A DNA stretch of 64,000 nucleotides, taken from Acidobacteriota bacterium (GTDB lineage Bacteria; Acidobacteriota; Terriglobia; Terriglobales; Acidobacteriaceae). The DNA is taken from contig JAFDVR010000003.1 of NCBI GenBank assembly GCA_018268855.1, positions 509 through 64,508 on the forward strand. Direction: 5' to 3'. Below the pieces are notes generated by a model. It ran no database searches, was not told the origin of the DNA, and saw only the letters and a program-made list of their open reading frames with translations. Below, one piece after another: positions 1 to 8,383 of this stretch (positions are counted from its first letter, which is position 1; each line of letters begins with the position of its first letter). The translations under genes were made by a program, and so were the position numbers.

Positions 1-339
1 GCGCGACCCCGGAGGGAGCAGGGGCCTTCAGGCCCCTGAATAGAGCCAAAAGAAAAAGGGCTTCAGCCCCGGGGCCTTTCTCTCCTAAAGCAGCAACAAT
101 TTTGCTGTTCCCCAATGCGAAGCATCCCTCGCGCACCAGCGCGACCGCTCCGTTAAGCCCACCACATTAATGGGGCAAAAGGCCGACCGACTTATCGCTA
201 CTGATCAGGTCGTTCCAGCCATACTTTTTGAGGAACGTGACCAAGACTCAACCAACGCAGACAGAGCATTCGCTTTATTGCATCCAGCATCTGGACTCTC
301 GTTCCGATATTCAATAGACAGAGATAATGATCGCTGCCT

Positions 340-1356
340 ATGATGTTCCGCATGAAATTACTTGAGAAAGGCGTACCTCGTTCTCGCAAGGTGTGCATTC
401 TGGCAGCCTTCATATTTGCCGCTCATGTACTTGCTACGGTTTCCTCGGGACAAATCCTCACAAAAGAAACTAGCTCTGCCCAAGCTTCGAAGATAACGTT
501 TCAAACGAAATTCGATCCGGCGACTCCACTTGAATCAAGAGTAAATCGCCCACCTGAGGAGATACAGCAGGATCTTCAAAAGCTGCCTGCGCCCTCTCCG
601 AAGCTTCATACACTCTCTGAGATGGAACGCTCAGAAATCTCAGCTGTTTTAGGAAAACTTCCAGACTTTTCGCGTAAAGCAATTATGCTGCATGTGCGCT
701 CCATAACTTTTGTCGATGACTTTGGAGCAAATGGAACTACAGGAGCCGAAAATCCGGCGGTCCCTACAACTTTCGACATGGCCCTTCGCGCCAGCTTGTT
801 GCACGAGAACATTTCAGAATTTCTAACGCGCAAAGAACGCAACTACTATTCTGACGATCCAGGCATACGTCTCTCGATTGCCGCAGGCTCTATGCCAGCG
901 CTTCTTTACGTCCTGCTACATGAAAGCGTTCATGTTCTAGACATTTCGAATCGTGGCGGCAAACCAGGATTTCCTCAACTTTTCCCGGGAGAAAATTCAG
1001 ACCGGTTTGTTCGAGGGATATGGGAGAACACGACCACAATGACGACTACATATCAATCGCCATTGTTTAAGATGAGCTGGTTCGGAACCCGTAAGCAGCA
1101 AAATCCAGAACTCGCAGTAGATACCTATCGCACGCTGGCTAAAACACCATTCGTTTCACTCTATGGGAGCAGTAATTGGCATGATGATATCGCTGAACTG
1201 GTCACGTGCTATTACTTCACGCAAATCCTGAAGCAGCCTTATCGAATCGTCGTTCAAAAGAATAATGCAGTTATTTATTCTCTTGAGCCTATGAAAAATC
1301 CGCTTGTGCAAGCACGTTTCCGTGAAGTTGTTCCTTTATACGCGAAACAATCTTAG
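340..1356 (+). CDS. Hypothetical exported protein with HExxH motif (possible zinc-metallopeptidase-like)
   Basis: 338-aa ORF. Hydrophobic N-terminal segment (CILAAFIFAAHVLATV) suggests a signal peptide or anchor. HESVH motif within LLYVLLHESVHVLD. No family recognised by eye. Lies in a visibly AT-richer stretch. Confidence 0.45.
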   Translation: MMFRMKLLEKGVPRSRKVCILAAFIFAAHVLATVSSGQILTKETSSAQASKITFQTKFDPATPLESRVNRPPEEIQQDLQKLPAPSPKLHTLSEMERSEISAVLGKLPDFSRKAIMLHVRSITFVDDFGANGTTGAENPAVPTTFDMALRASLLHENISEFLTRKERNYYSDDPGIRLSIAAGSMPALLYVLLHESVHVLDISNRGGKPGFPQLFPGENSDRFVRGIWENTTTMTTTYQSPLFKMSWFGTRKQQNPELAVDTYRTLAKTPFVSLYGSSNWHDDIAELVTCYYFTQILKQPYRIVVQKNNAVIYSLEPMKNPLVQARFREVVPLYAKQS

Positions 1357-1561
1357 AGACCGCACTCTCTTCGGATTGCGAACGGTTTGGCCGAGAGGCG
1401 AGGCTGAAAATTTCGGTTGCGTGATTCTCTCCGTAATCGCGAACACATCGACAGCCACGTGCAGCCGCCTAGGAAAGCTCCAAATAGGGCAGTCATAATT
1501 TCCTGAGCAAGGGAGAAGTCGCAGGAATGGCATCAAGCATCTCCAATACGCGATACATAGT

Positions 1562-4333
1562 CTAGAAACTGTACCGGAGTCCGCCCTCGACCCGGCGGCC
1601 ATTGTCGCCTGAGTAAGGACGCCCGAACAATGGCGAGCCAACGATGCCACCGACAGCCGTAACGTTAAAGTGATTGAGCACGTTGGAGCAACGAATGTTG
1701 GCTGCGAGAGACTGTGGATGCTCAGCCTTGGCCTTGTGGGTCAGCTTGAAAGTGCGCTGAAGATTGGTGTCTAGGTAAATGGTCCACGGCATACTACCGG
1801 CGTTGCGGGCAAGCGTGGCTCCCGTGCCAGTGGTTGAGAGTAAACCAAACGGTGTTGCGTAGGCGCAATCAGATGTGACAGTCGCCGAACAAATAGATGT
1901 CCCCGCAGGAGCCAGATACGGACGGTCATTGAAGTTTCCATCGCCATTGTTGTCGAATCCCGTGGTGATGTTGTACGGCTGGCCAACCTGGCCGTTCAAA
2001 TTCCCGCTGAGTTGGAGTGACCAGGGCAACTTAACGGTGGCATTGCCGAAGACATTCCAGAGCGCGTCTCCGGTGCTGCGGGCGTATTCGCCGGCGTTGG
2101 ATCCTGTAGTTTGCGGAGTGCTGAAAGGATTGTCGTTCGTATTAGCGGTGATGTTCTGGCGAACGCTACCTAGAAAAAATGGAAGGTGCTTGAGCTTCTG
2201 GTTAGCCAGGCCCATAAAAATGAGGTTGCCATAGCCGCGTCCGCTGGATTGCATCTGTAGGATATTGATGTTTTGCGTGAGTGGCCGTGGGCCTAAAGGT
2301 TGGCCATTCATAGGGGAATTGATGTTCTGAGTGCGAGTGTAGTGCCATATCTGCGCGATGTAGTAGTCGGCTGAGATAGACCAGCCTTTCGCAATCGTGT
2401 GGCTAAAGCCAAGATTCTCGATCCCGTAGAAGATATTTGGCAGATGTGGCTGAATCGTCCGAATAGACCGGAGTGGCGTAGCTCCAGGAAACGGGTCGCA
2501 CGCATTCGGATCGAATACGCCGGGACAAACCGGTGAATAAATTAGGTTGTTGATGCGGTGGGTTCCGTCCATGCCTAGAAGTTGGGAGTAATTGTGGGCA
2601 TTGAAACGACCGGAGAAGATACCAGCGTGCCCGTGCACAGTCCATGTGGAATTTTTATCCGGCGCCCAGGAAAGCCCGAACCGCGGATTGAAATTGTTGT
2701 GCACCATCGGCTTGTTCTGCGTGTAGTACCGGAGTCCCCACGCGAACTTGAGCCGGGGAAGAATCTTCCAATCGTCCTGCGCAAACAGAGCGAGGCGGTA
2801 CTGCGTCAGGTTGATAGTGGGAGTACCGGCAACGTTGGAGTATTGTGTCGGCGCTCCACCTGCCCATCCCTTCAGAGCGCGCACGTATTGCTCCATGCCG
2901 GTAATAGTTTCTATCTGCGCAGTGGGATGATGGTTGGCGTCGAGCACTGGCGCGGTACCGCCGCCAAAGAGCCATGTGCCATTGAAATTATTGAAATATT
3001 GAAAGCGCTCCCGAAGGTACTCCGATTGAATACCAAACTTGATGAGGTGTTTGGATAGATTGAGAATAGCGTCATCATCGAATCCAATATCGATTTCGTG
3101 ATCGCGCAGAGCGCCTTGAATGCTGCCGCCGGAAGTAAAGGCACCTGCAACCTGAAGCTGAGGCGCGAATGAATTAGGAATTTGGTTCTTGCCATTGAAC
3201 TCGATACCGAGCCGCGCTTCGTGCATAAGCCTGGCGGAGATCGTCGTGACATCCGTGAGATGCAACGCATGGTCGTAGGCCTGACTATCATAGGCAGCCT
3301 CTGCAAGCGTTGTACCGCCTGCCCCGACATTCTCCTGATGGTTACTGTGTGCGCTGAAACTGGCGATGAAAGTGTTCTTCTCTCCAAGCTGCCAGTCCAC
3401 CTTCGCCATACCGATCCAAAGGCGCTGCGGTGCTGGAACATTCTGAAGAATAGGCGTCTGATTACCGGAGGCGTCTACGCCTATGGCGCTGACCACAGCA
3501 AAGTTGTCGATCGAACGATGCTCAAGATTGAGGATAAAATCCGATCCTTTTTTTCGAATAGGACCAGTAAGCTCGAAACCGTAACGCAGCTTGCCAATCG
3601 CGGCACGACTGACTGAGAAGGGGTCGCGCGCGTTCATCCACGAACTGGAGTTCGTGACAAAAAGAGCACCATGATAGGTAGGTTGGCCCGGCTTCGTGTA
3701 GACCTGAATCTGTCTGCCGCCCAGTGGAGGATTCCGGTACTCGGCGGAGAACAGATCGGGATTGACCTTGATATAGGCGATCGCAGATTTTGGCGGCAGC
3801 GTCGTGTTATTGTCGCCGTTCTGAAAGCCATCCACCGAGATGATAGTACCGGATGCGCTGCCCCCTGCGGCTGCGCCCATCTGCTGCAATTCGCGGAGAA
3901 GATCGTCGGGATCATCCGCGAGAGACGCGAGACGCTGGCCGGAGATAGTTTGACTGGGACCACTGGCCGTGGCCGAATTATCATCGCCGTTCCCCACATC
4001 GACAGTGGTTCGCACTTCTTCAGGCTGAAGCGTAATAGAGAGCTCGGCCGCATGGGGAGCGATGACTGAGAAGCTCAGGACAGCAAAGCTCTCAGATGAG
4101 ACGTGCAGCATATGCTGGCCTGCCGGCACACAACCCATGTGAAAGACACCTGAGGAATTAGTAAGCACCGGCGCAGTCGAATCAAGCTGAACGGAGGCGC
4201 CGGAAATAACACTCGCCGTAGAATCGTGCACTATGCCCGAAAGCGGCGTACAGCCGCGTTGAGCTCTAGCGGCTGTGCCAAAGATAACGGCACATGCTAA
4301 ACCAGATGTAATGACGAACAGAAACCGTTTCAT
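1562..4333 (-). CDS. TonB-dependent-receptor-like outer membrane protein with N-terminal carboxypeptidase-regulatory-like domain
   Basis: 923-aa ORF. Signal peptide MKRFLFVITSGLACAVIFGTAARA. CarboxypepD_reg-like start (GIVHDSTASVISGASVQLD). Long beta-rich body ending in an aromatic residue (GGLRYSF). Confidence 0.8.
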   Translation of the reverse strand: MKRFLFVITSGLACAVIFGTAARAQRGCTPLSGIVHDSTASVISGASVQLDSTAPVLTNSSGVFHMGCVPAGQHMLHVSSESFAVLSFSVIAPHAAELSITLQPEEVRTTVDVGNGDDNSATASGPSQTISGQRLASLADDPDDLLRELQQMGAAAGGSASGTIISVDGFQNGDNNTTLPPKSAIAYIKVNPDLFSAEYRNPPLGGRQIQVYTKPGQPTYHGALFVTNSSSWMNARDPFSVSRAAIGKLRYGFELTGPIRKKGSDFILNLEHRSIDNFAVVSAIGVDASGNQTPILQNVPAPQRLWIGMAKVDWQLGEKNTFIASFSAHSNHQENVGAGGTTLAEAAYDSQAYDHALHLTDVTTISARLMHEARLGIEFNGKNQIPNSFAPQLQVAGAFTSGGSIQGALRDHEIDIGFDDDAILNLSKHLIKFGIQSEYLRERFQYFNNFNGTWLFGGGTAPVLDANHHPTAQIETITGMEQYVRALKGWAGGAPTQYSNVAGTPTINLTQYRLALFAQDDWKILPRLKFAWGLRYYTQNKPMVHNNFNPRFGLSWAPDKNSTWTVHGHAGIFSGRFNAHNYSQLLGMDGTHRINNLIYSPVCPGVFDPNACDPFPGATPLRSIRTIQPHLPNIFYGIENLGFSHTIAKGWSISADYYIAQIWHYTRTQNINSPMNGQPLGPRPLTQNINILQMQSSGRGYGNLIFMGLANQKLKHLPFFLGSVRQNITANTNDNPFSTPQTTGSNAGEYARSTGDALWNVFGNATVKLPWSLQLSGNLNGQVGQPYNITTGFDNNGDGNFNDRPYLAPAGTSICSATVTSDCAYATPFGLLSTTGTGATLARNAGSMPWTIYLDTNLQRTFKLTHKAKAEHPQSLAANIRCSNVLNHFNVTAVGGIVGSPLFGRPYSGDNGRRVEGGLRYSF

Positions 4334-4745
4334 GGTCTTCTCTTGGATCGTTCGTTCCAGGCGTGCTTCAGAGCATGTCTAAATCTAAACCTGGAGCTGC
4401 ATACGCAAGCTGAGAAGTATTGGTTCCCTGCGGATTGAAACAGAAAGATGTTAAAGAGAAGTCACAAATAGGATTTAGATACTAAAGACTCAGCCTCTAC
4501 TGGAATGCATGATGATCCGTAGCACTTAGAGCATCTCCTTCTAAGTGTGGTGGTCATGTTTTCAGGGCCAAAGGCCCGCTCCTCCCTTCAGAAGGGCACA
4601 GCTTTAGCTGTACCGTTATACATGCCTGAAAGAACCGGCTTCAGCCGCTGAGGTTTCACTTTTCAAACTAATCAAAGTCTCCTAAAGGAGCAGGCTTGCG
4701 TCGAGGTGAAGCGCAGTAATCACTCCAGCCCCTCACAAATCTCCA

Positions 4746-4826
4746 TCGCGCCAACGGAAGCGCCACGAACACCCAACCAGGCAAGAACCACGCGCAAAGC
4801 GAAGCCTCTCGCCCTCCGCGCAGGAG
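4746..4826 (-). repeat. Family-A GC-rich repeat, copy abutting the parB stop codon
   Basis: Reverse complement reads TAG then CTCCTGCGCGGAGGGCG...GTGGCGCTTCCGTTGGCGCGA. Matches copies at 11600, 27914, 35398, 37061, 38221, 40870, 43425, 63858. Ends approximate. Confidence 0.8.
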
Positions 4827-5729
4827 CTACTTCGTCAACATCTCAAACAACGTATCGAACTGCTCCAGCTTCGCATACTCAATCACTACGCGGCCCTTGC
4901 CGTTCTTATCTTCAATGCGCACCTTCAGGCCTAACGCGCGCTGTAGCGTCTCCTGCGCCTCGCGGACGTTCGGATCGATCACCTCTTCCTCAATCGTGTC
5001 TGCCTTGCCGATCTTTCTCTCCGGATCGAGCACGCCCTTCACAAAATTCTCCGTCGCGCGCACAGACAAGGACTGCGCCCGAATTTTTCTCGCCACCGCC
5101 AGCATCTGCTGTTCACTTTCCAGTGCCAGCAGCGCGCGCGCATGGCCAAAACTCAACTCGTCCGTCTCCAAAGCGTCCTGAATCTCGCGCGGCAGCTTCA
5201 TCAGCCGCACGAAGTTTGCAATCACCACCCGCCCCTTACCGGTGCGCAGAGCAATCTGCTCCTGCGTCATCTTGAACTCGCGGCCCAGCCGGTCCAGTGC
5301 CCGCGCCTGCTCCATCGGGTTCAGATCGGCGCGTTGCAGGTTTTCAACGATGGTCATCTCCATCGCCTGCTCGTTGCTCACTTCGCGCACCACCGCGGGA
5401 ATGGTCTGTTTGCCCACCCGCTTCGACGCGCGCCAGCGCCGCTCACCCGCAATCAGCTCAAAACGACCGTCCTTTACCGGACGCACGATGATCGGCTGCA
5501 CCACGCCCGTCGCCGCAATCGATCGCCCCAGCTCCTCCATCTGCTCTTCAGAAAACTTCTGCCGCGTCTGGTATGGACTCGGATCGATCTTGTCCACATC
5601 GATCTCGCGCGGTTTGCCGGTTGGCTCCGCCGCCACGGCAGGCGCCTGGGTCGCGGCAGGCGATTTGGAAGGAAGCAGCGTCTCCAGGCCTTTGCCTAAA
5701 GCTCTCTTTTTCGGATCAAAAGCAGACAT
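4827..5729 (-). CDS. parB: Chromosome partitioning protein ParB/Spo0J
   Basis: 300-aa ORF with ParB hallmarks: KRALGKGLETLLP near the N-terminus and LIAGERRWRASK box. Immediately downstream of parA in the same orientation. Confidence 0.92.
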   Translation of the reverse strand: MSAFDPKKRALGKGLETLLPSKSPAATQAPAVAAEPTGKPREIDVDKIDPSPYQTRQKFSEEQMEELGRSIAATGVVQPIIVRPVKDGRFELIAGERRWRASKRVGKQTIPAVVREVSNEQAMEMTIVENLQRADLNPMEQARALDRLGREFKMTQEQIALRTGKGRVVIANFVRLMKLPREIQDALETDELSFGHARALLALESEQQMLAVARKIRAQSLSVRATENFVKGVLDPERKIGKADTIEEEVIDPNVREAQETLQRALGLKVRIEDKNGKGRVVIEYAKLEQFDTLFEMLTK

Positions 5730-5764
5730 AGTTCACTCTTTTTGCACGTTGTTCAAACGTTGAA

Positions 5765-6625
5765 TTACTTGTTATAAGGCCAGAATTTAACCGTGGGCGT
5801 GTCATCCGCAGCCGCCGTCCGTATCCGTTCCTTCTCAATCGGACTCACAATGCCGTTCCGTTTCAGCAACTCACGGGCAAGCTCCTGGTACGCCTCCGCC
5901 CCGCGTGATCGCGGGTCATACTGGATCACAGGCGTTCCATGGCTCGGTGCCTCCGCCAGACGCACATTACGCGGAATGGTCGTCTGCAAAAGCTTGTCCC
6001 CAAAGAAGTTACGAAGATTCTCCGTTACCTGCGCTGCCAGACTGGTGCGCTGGTCATACATCGTCAGAAGAACGCCCTCAAGAGCTAATTTGCTGTTAAA
6101 AGCGCCGGAAACACGCTGTAACGTGCTCATGAACTCCGATATCCCCTCCAGGGCAAAGTACTCTGCCTGCATGGGAACCAGCAGCCCATCCGCGGAAACT
6201 AAAGCATTGAGCGTCAACAGATCCAAAGCCGGCGGACAATCCAGCAAAATAAATGGATATTTATTTCGCAAGGCATCCAAAGCATCCTTCAGCCTGAACT
6301 CGCGCCTTTCCTGCCCGGTAAGCTCAAAATTCGCACCAATTAAGTTGCGGCTCGAAGGAATGCAATCCAACCCCTCCGAAGAGGTTTTAACAATAGCCTC
6401 CTCAGCCGAAGCATGGCCAAGCAGAACATCGTAGGTACTTGGGCGATTATCGTCCTTAACAATCCCCAGCCCACCCGTACTGTTCGCCTGTGGATCGCAA
6501 TCCACAATCAGCGTCGGCAATCCTTCTAAAGCTAAGGCAGCAGAGAGGTTAATGGCAGTAGTCGTCTTTCCGACCCCACCCTTCTGGTTAACAATGGCGA
6601 GAATTTTGCTGGTTTGAGTGCTCAT
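5765..6625 (-). CDS. parA: Chromosome partitioning ATPase ParA/Soj
   Basis: 286-aa ORF with deviant Walker A ([15 protein letters not shown]). parA-parB tandem. Confidence 0.92.
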   Translation of the reverse strand: MSTQTSKILAIVNQKGGVGKTTTAINLSAALALEGLPTLIVDCDPQANSTGGLGIVKDDNRPSTYDVLLGHASAEEAIVKTSSEGLDCIPSSRNLIGANFELTGQERREFRLKDALDALRNKYPFILLDCPPALDLLTLNALVSADGLLVPMQAEYFALEGISEFMSTLQRVSGAFNSKLALEGVLLTMYDQRTSLAAQVTENLRNFFGDKLLQTTIPRNVRLAEAPSHGTPVIQYDPRSRGAEAYQELARELLKRNGIVSPIEKERIRTAAADDTPTVKFWPYNK

Positions 6626-6701
6626 AACCTATGAGCAGTAGAGTAATGCACGCAAATAGATACGTGTTTTCCTAGGTCATCGCATCTTTGTGGATTGCGA
6701 T

Positions 6702-6717
6702 TGTTCCACGTGGAACA
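6702..6717. promoter_or_regulatory. parS centromere-like site 1
   Basis: Perfect 16-bp palindrome TGTTCCACGTGGAACA. One mismatch from the classical parS TGTTCCACGTGAAACA. Lies between parA and rsmG. Confidence 0.85.
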
Positions 6718-6748
6718 ATTTAGGAGAGACGATCCATTCTTGATTAAT

Positions 6749-6764
6749 TGTTCCACGTGGAACA
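6749..6764. promoter_or_regulatory. parS centromere-like site 2
   Basis: Second identical TGTTCCACGTGGAACA, 47 bp from site 1. Both share the extended ATTGTTCCACGTGGAACAAT context. Confidence 0.85.
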
Positions 6765-6769
6765 ATTTG

Positions 6770-7351
6770 CTAAGCCGTTCGCAAACCCAAATGCACTTTT
6801 CCCGAAGAATTTGGAATCGAAAGCGTCCGCCAGTGGAAACGTTCAGGAAGCTCTGCCGCGCTCTCGCCGGAAAATATAGCGAGTGCGCCGGAATTTGAAA
6901 CCCGGGGAACTGCTGCGTGGATGGCTTCAGCCATATTGTCTACCGCGCGCAGCGTTACAACCTCGAATGTCTGCGATGGCATGGATTCCACGCGTTGGGC
7001 CCAGACAGTTGCGGCCAAATCAAGCGTTCGGACGGCTTCGCGGAGAAAAGCGCCCTTTTTCCCCTGAGATTCAGCAAGGGTAATGGTGCTCTGCGGATAC
7101 ACCAGTTGAATGGGAATCCCGGGGAAACCAGCCCCCGAGCCGAAATCCAGAAGCGTTTGAAAGTATGGCAGATGGTGAGCAAGGAATAGGCTCTCGCCAA
7201 AGTGTCGCTGAATAATACCGTCGCGATCCCGAATAGACGTGAGATTGGTGCGAACATTCCAGCGCATGAGCAGATTCAGATAGATCTCAAGTTTCTCGTA
7301 AACCTTTTCGGGGAGCGGATCCTCAAGATATGGTGCGAGAATGTCGCGCAT
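6770..7351 (-). CDS. rsmG: 16S rRNA (guanine527-N7)-methyltransferase RsmG/GidB
   Basis: 193-aa ORF. SAM-binding GSGAGFPGIPI motif. Conserved position beside parAB. Confidence 0.85.
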   Translation of the reverse strand: MRDILAPYLEDPLPEKVYEKLEIYLNLLMRWNVRTNLTSIRDRDGIIQRHFGESLFLAHHLPYFQTLLDFGSGAGFPGIPIQLVYPQSTITLAESQGKKGAFLREAVRTLDLAATVWAQRVESMPSQTFEVVTLRAVDNMAEAIHAAVPRVSNSGALAIFSGESAAELPERFHWRTLSIPNSSGKVHLGLRTA

Positions 7352-7380
7352 AAAGAGATTTTAGCGTTACATTTGCACCT

Positions 7381-7977
7381 ATGGCCGTAAGACATCATCA
7401 TCTTCCTGAGCTGCAGTCTCTTCGAGGAATTGCGGCTTTGGTTGTCATGCTTGAACATTGTTCCTTTGTTTTCATACAGCCGCCCCGCGTTCATCTCCTG
7501 GCTGAGATCGTGTTCAATGCGCATGCCGCAGTGATGCTATTTTTTGTTCTCAGCGGATATGTCCTTTCCCGTTCACTGAGCGGAGCACCGGAGAGTGTTC
7601 CAACGCTCATCCGGTTCTATGTCAGTCGGCTATTTCGTATCTATCCTGCATTGTGGGCAGCGTGCGTTCTTGGCATGGTCTACTTTATTGCCGTTAAGCC
7701 CCACCTTCCGGTGCGGGACGCCTCTCCATGGTTCCTCGTAAATACTGCAGCGCTCACGTTACGGCGAATGCTATCTACCTTCAGCGGCCGGCCTACCCTG
7801 CTTGTTCCTATTCTTTGGTCCATCCGGGTTGAGCTTCTCGCTTCGTTACTTTTGCCTGGATTTGTATATCTCATCCGCCGCCGGTTGGGAATTCTGCTGC
7901 TTGCATTGTCCATTTTGGGTGCGTGGTACATAACGAATGCAGGAAAGAAGATGATGTCCAGAAACTCCTGCATGTGA
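7381..7977 (+). CDS. Acyltransferase-3 family membrane protein, N-terminal part only (possibly truncated)
   Basis: 198-aa ORF beginning LPELQSLRGIAALVVMLEHC, with several hydrophobic helices. Family members I know are roughly twice this length. The ORF ends at the edge of an AT-rich tandem-repeat tract. Confidence 0.5.
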   Translation: MAVRHHHLPELQSLRGIAALVVMLEHCSFVFIQPPRVHLLAEIVFNAHAAVMLFFVLSGYVLSRSLSGAPESVPTLIRFYVSRLFRIYPALWAACVLGMVYFIAVKPHLPVRDASPWFLVNTAALTLRRMLSTFSGRPTLLVPILWSIRVELLASLLLPGFVYLIRRRLGILLLALSILGAWYITNAGKKMMSRNSCM

Positions 7978-8072
7978 ATAATTTGTGAAAACGCTTGCAT
8001 GAATTATGTAAGCGGTTGCATAATGCTCCCGCGGCTTGGAAAGCGTTTGTGTCGTTTATTCGACCGTGCGCA

Positions 8073-8165
8073 GGAAGGATTGTCTGATTGGAAGGTCTGA
8101 TTGGAAGGATTGTCCGATTGGGAGATTGAATTGGGGAAGGGTTGTTCGATAGGGAAGGTTGTTCC
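8073..8165 (+). repeat. Degenerate tandem repeat, unit GGAAGG(ATT)GTCYGATT, about 6 units of 13-19 bp
   Basis: Read directly: ggaaggattgtctgatt / ggaaggtctgatt / ggaaggattgtccgatt / gggagattgaatt / ggggaagggttgttcgata / gggaaggttgttcc. Confidence 0.8.
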
Positions 8166-8306
8166 TCTGGCGAAGAGTATTCGGTGGTGAAGCTTGTTGG
8201 TTGGTGAACACTCTTCGCATTGAATTTGTTCGTTTACCGAACGGTATTCCGGTAGCAAACTTGTCTGTAGCGAAACCGTATTTGTTAGCAATCTTGTTCT
8301 TGGCCT

Positions 8307-8358
8307 AGCGGCACTTTATTTACGTTCAGCGGTATTTACGTTAGCGGCACTTTACGTT
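8307..8358 (+). promoter_or_regulatory. Three tandem AGCGG(CAC/T)TTTA(TT)TACGTT repeats immediately upstream of the receptor gene (candidate regulator-binding array)
   Basis: agcggcactttatttacgtt / cagcggtatttacgtt / agcggcactttacgtt. The array ends 26 bp before the ATG at 8384. That the repeats are binding sites is inference only. Confidence 0.4.
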
Positions 8359-8383
8359 GGCGACGTTATTTATGGAGGCAGTT

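Noticed and set aside
4706-5275. 189-aa plus-strand ORF rich in Pro/Ser/Ala/Arg that starts in the parB 3' repeat.
   Set aside because: It is antisense to parB, begins inside a family-A repeat, and is low complexity.
6626-6769. The parA-rsmG gap as the replication origin.
   Set aside because: It contains the two parS sites but only one weak DnaA-box-like 9-mer (TGTGGATTG) and no AT-rich unwinding element. It is better explained as the partition site and promoter region.
8004-8291. 95-aa minus-strand ORF in the gap upstream of the receptor gene.
   Set aside because: It is a read-through of the degenerate tandem repeat (peptide with reiterated NPSNQTFQSDNPS). It has no RBS and atypical composition.
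8073-8358. The tandem repeats could be a CRISPR array.
   Set aside because: The units are 13-20 bp, directly abutting with no spacers, and degenerate. No cas genes are present. The dispersed repeat families are not regularly spaced either.
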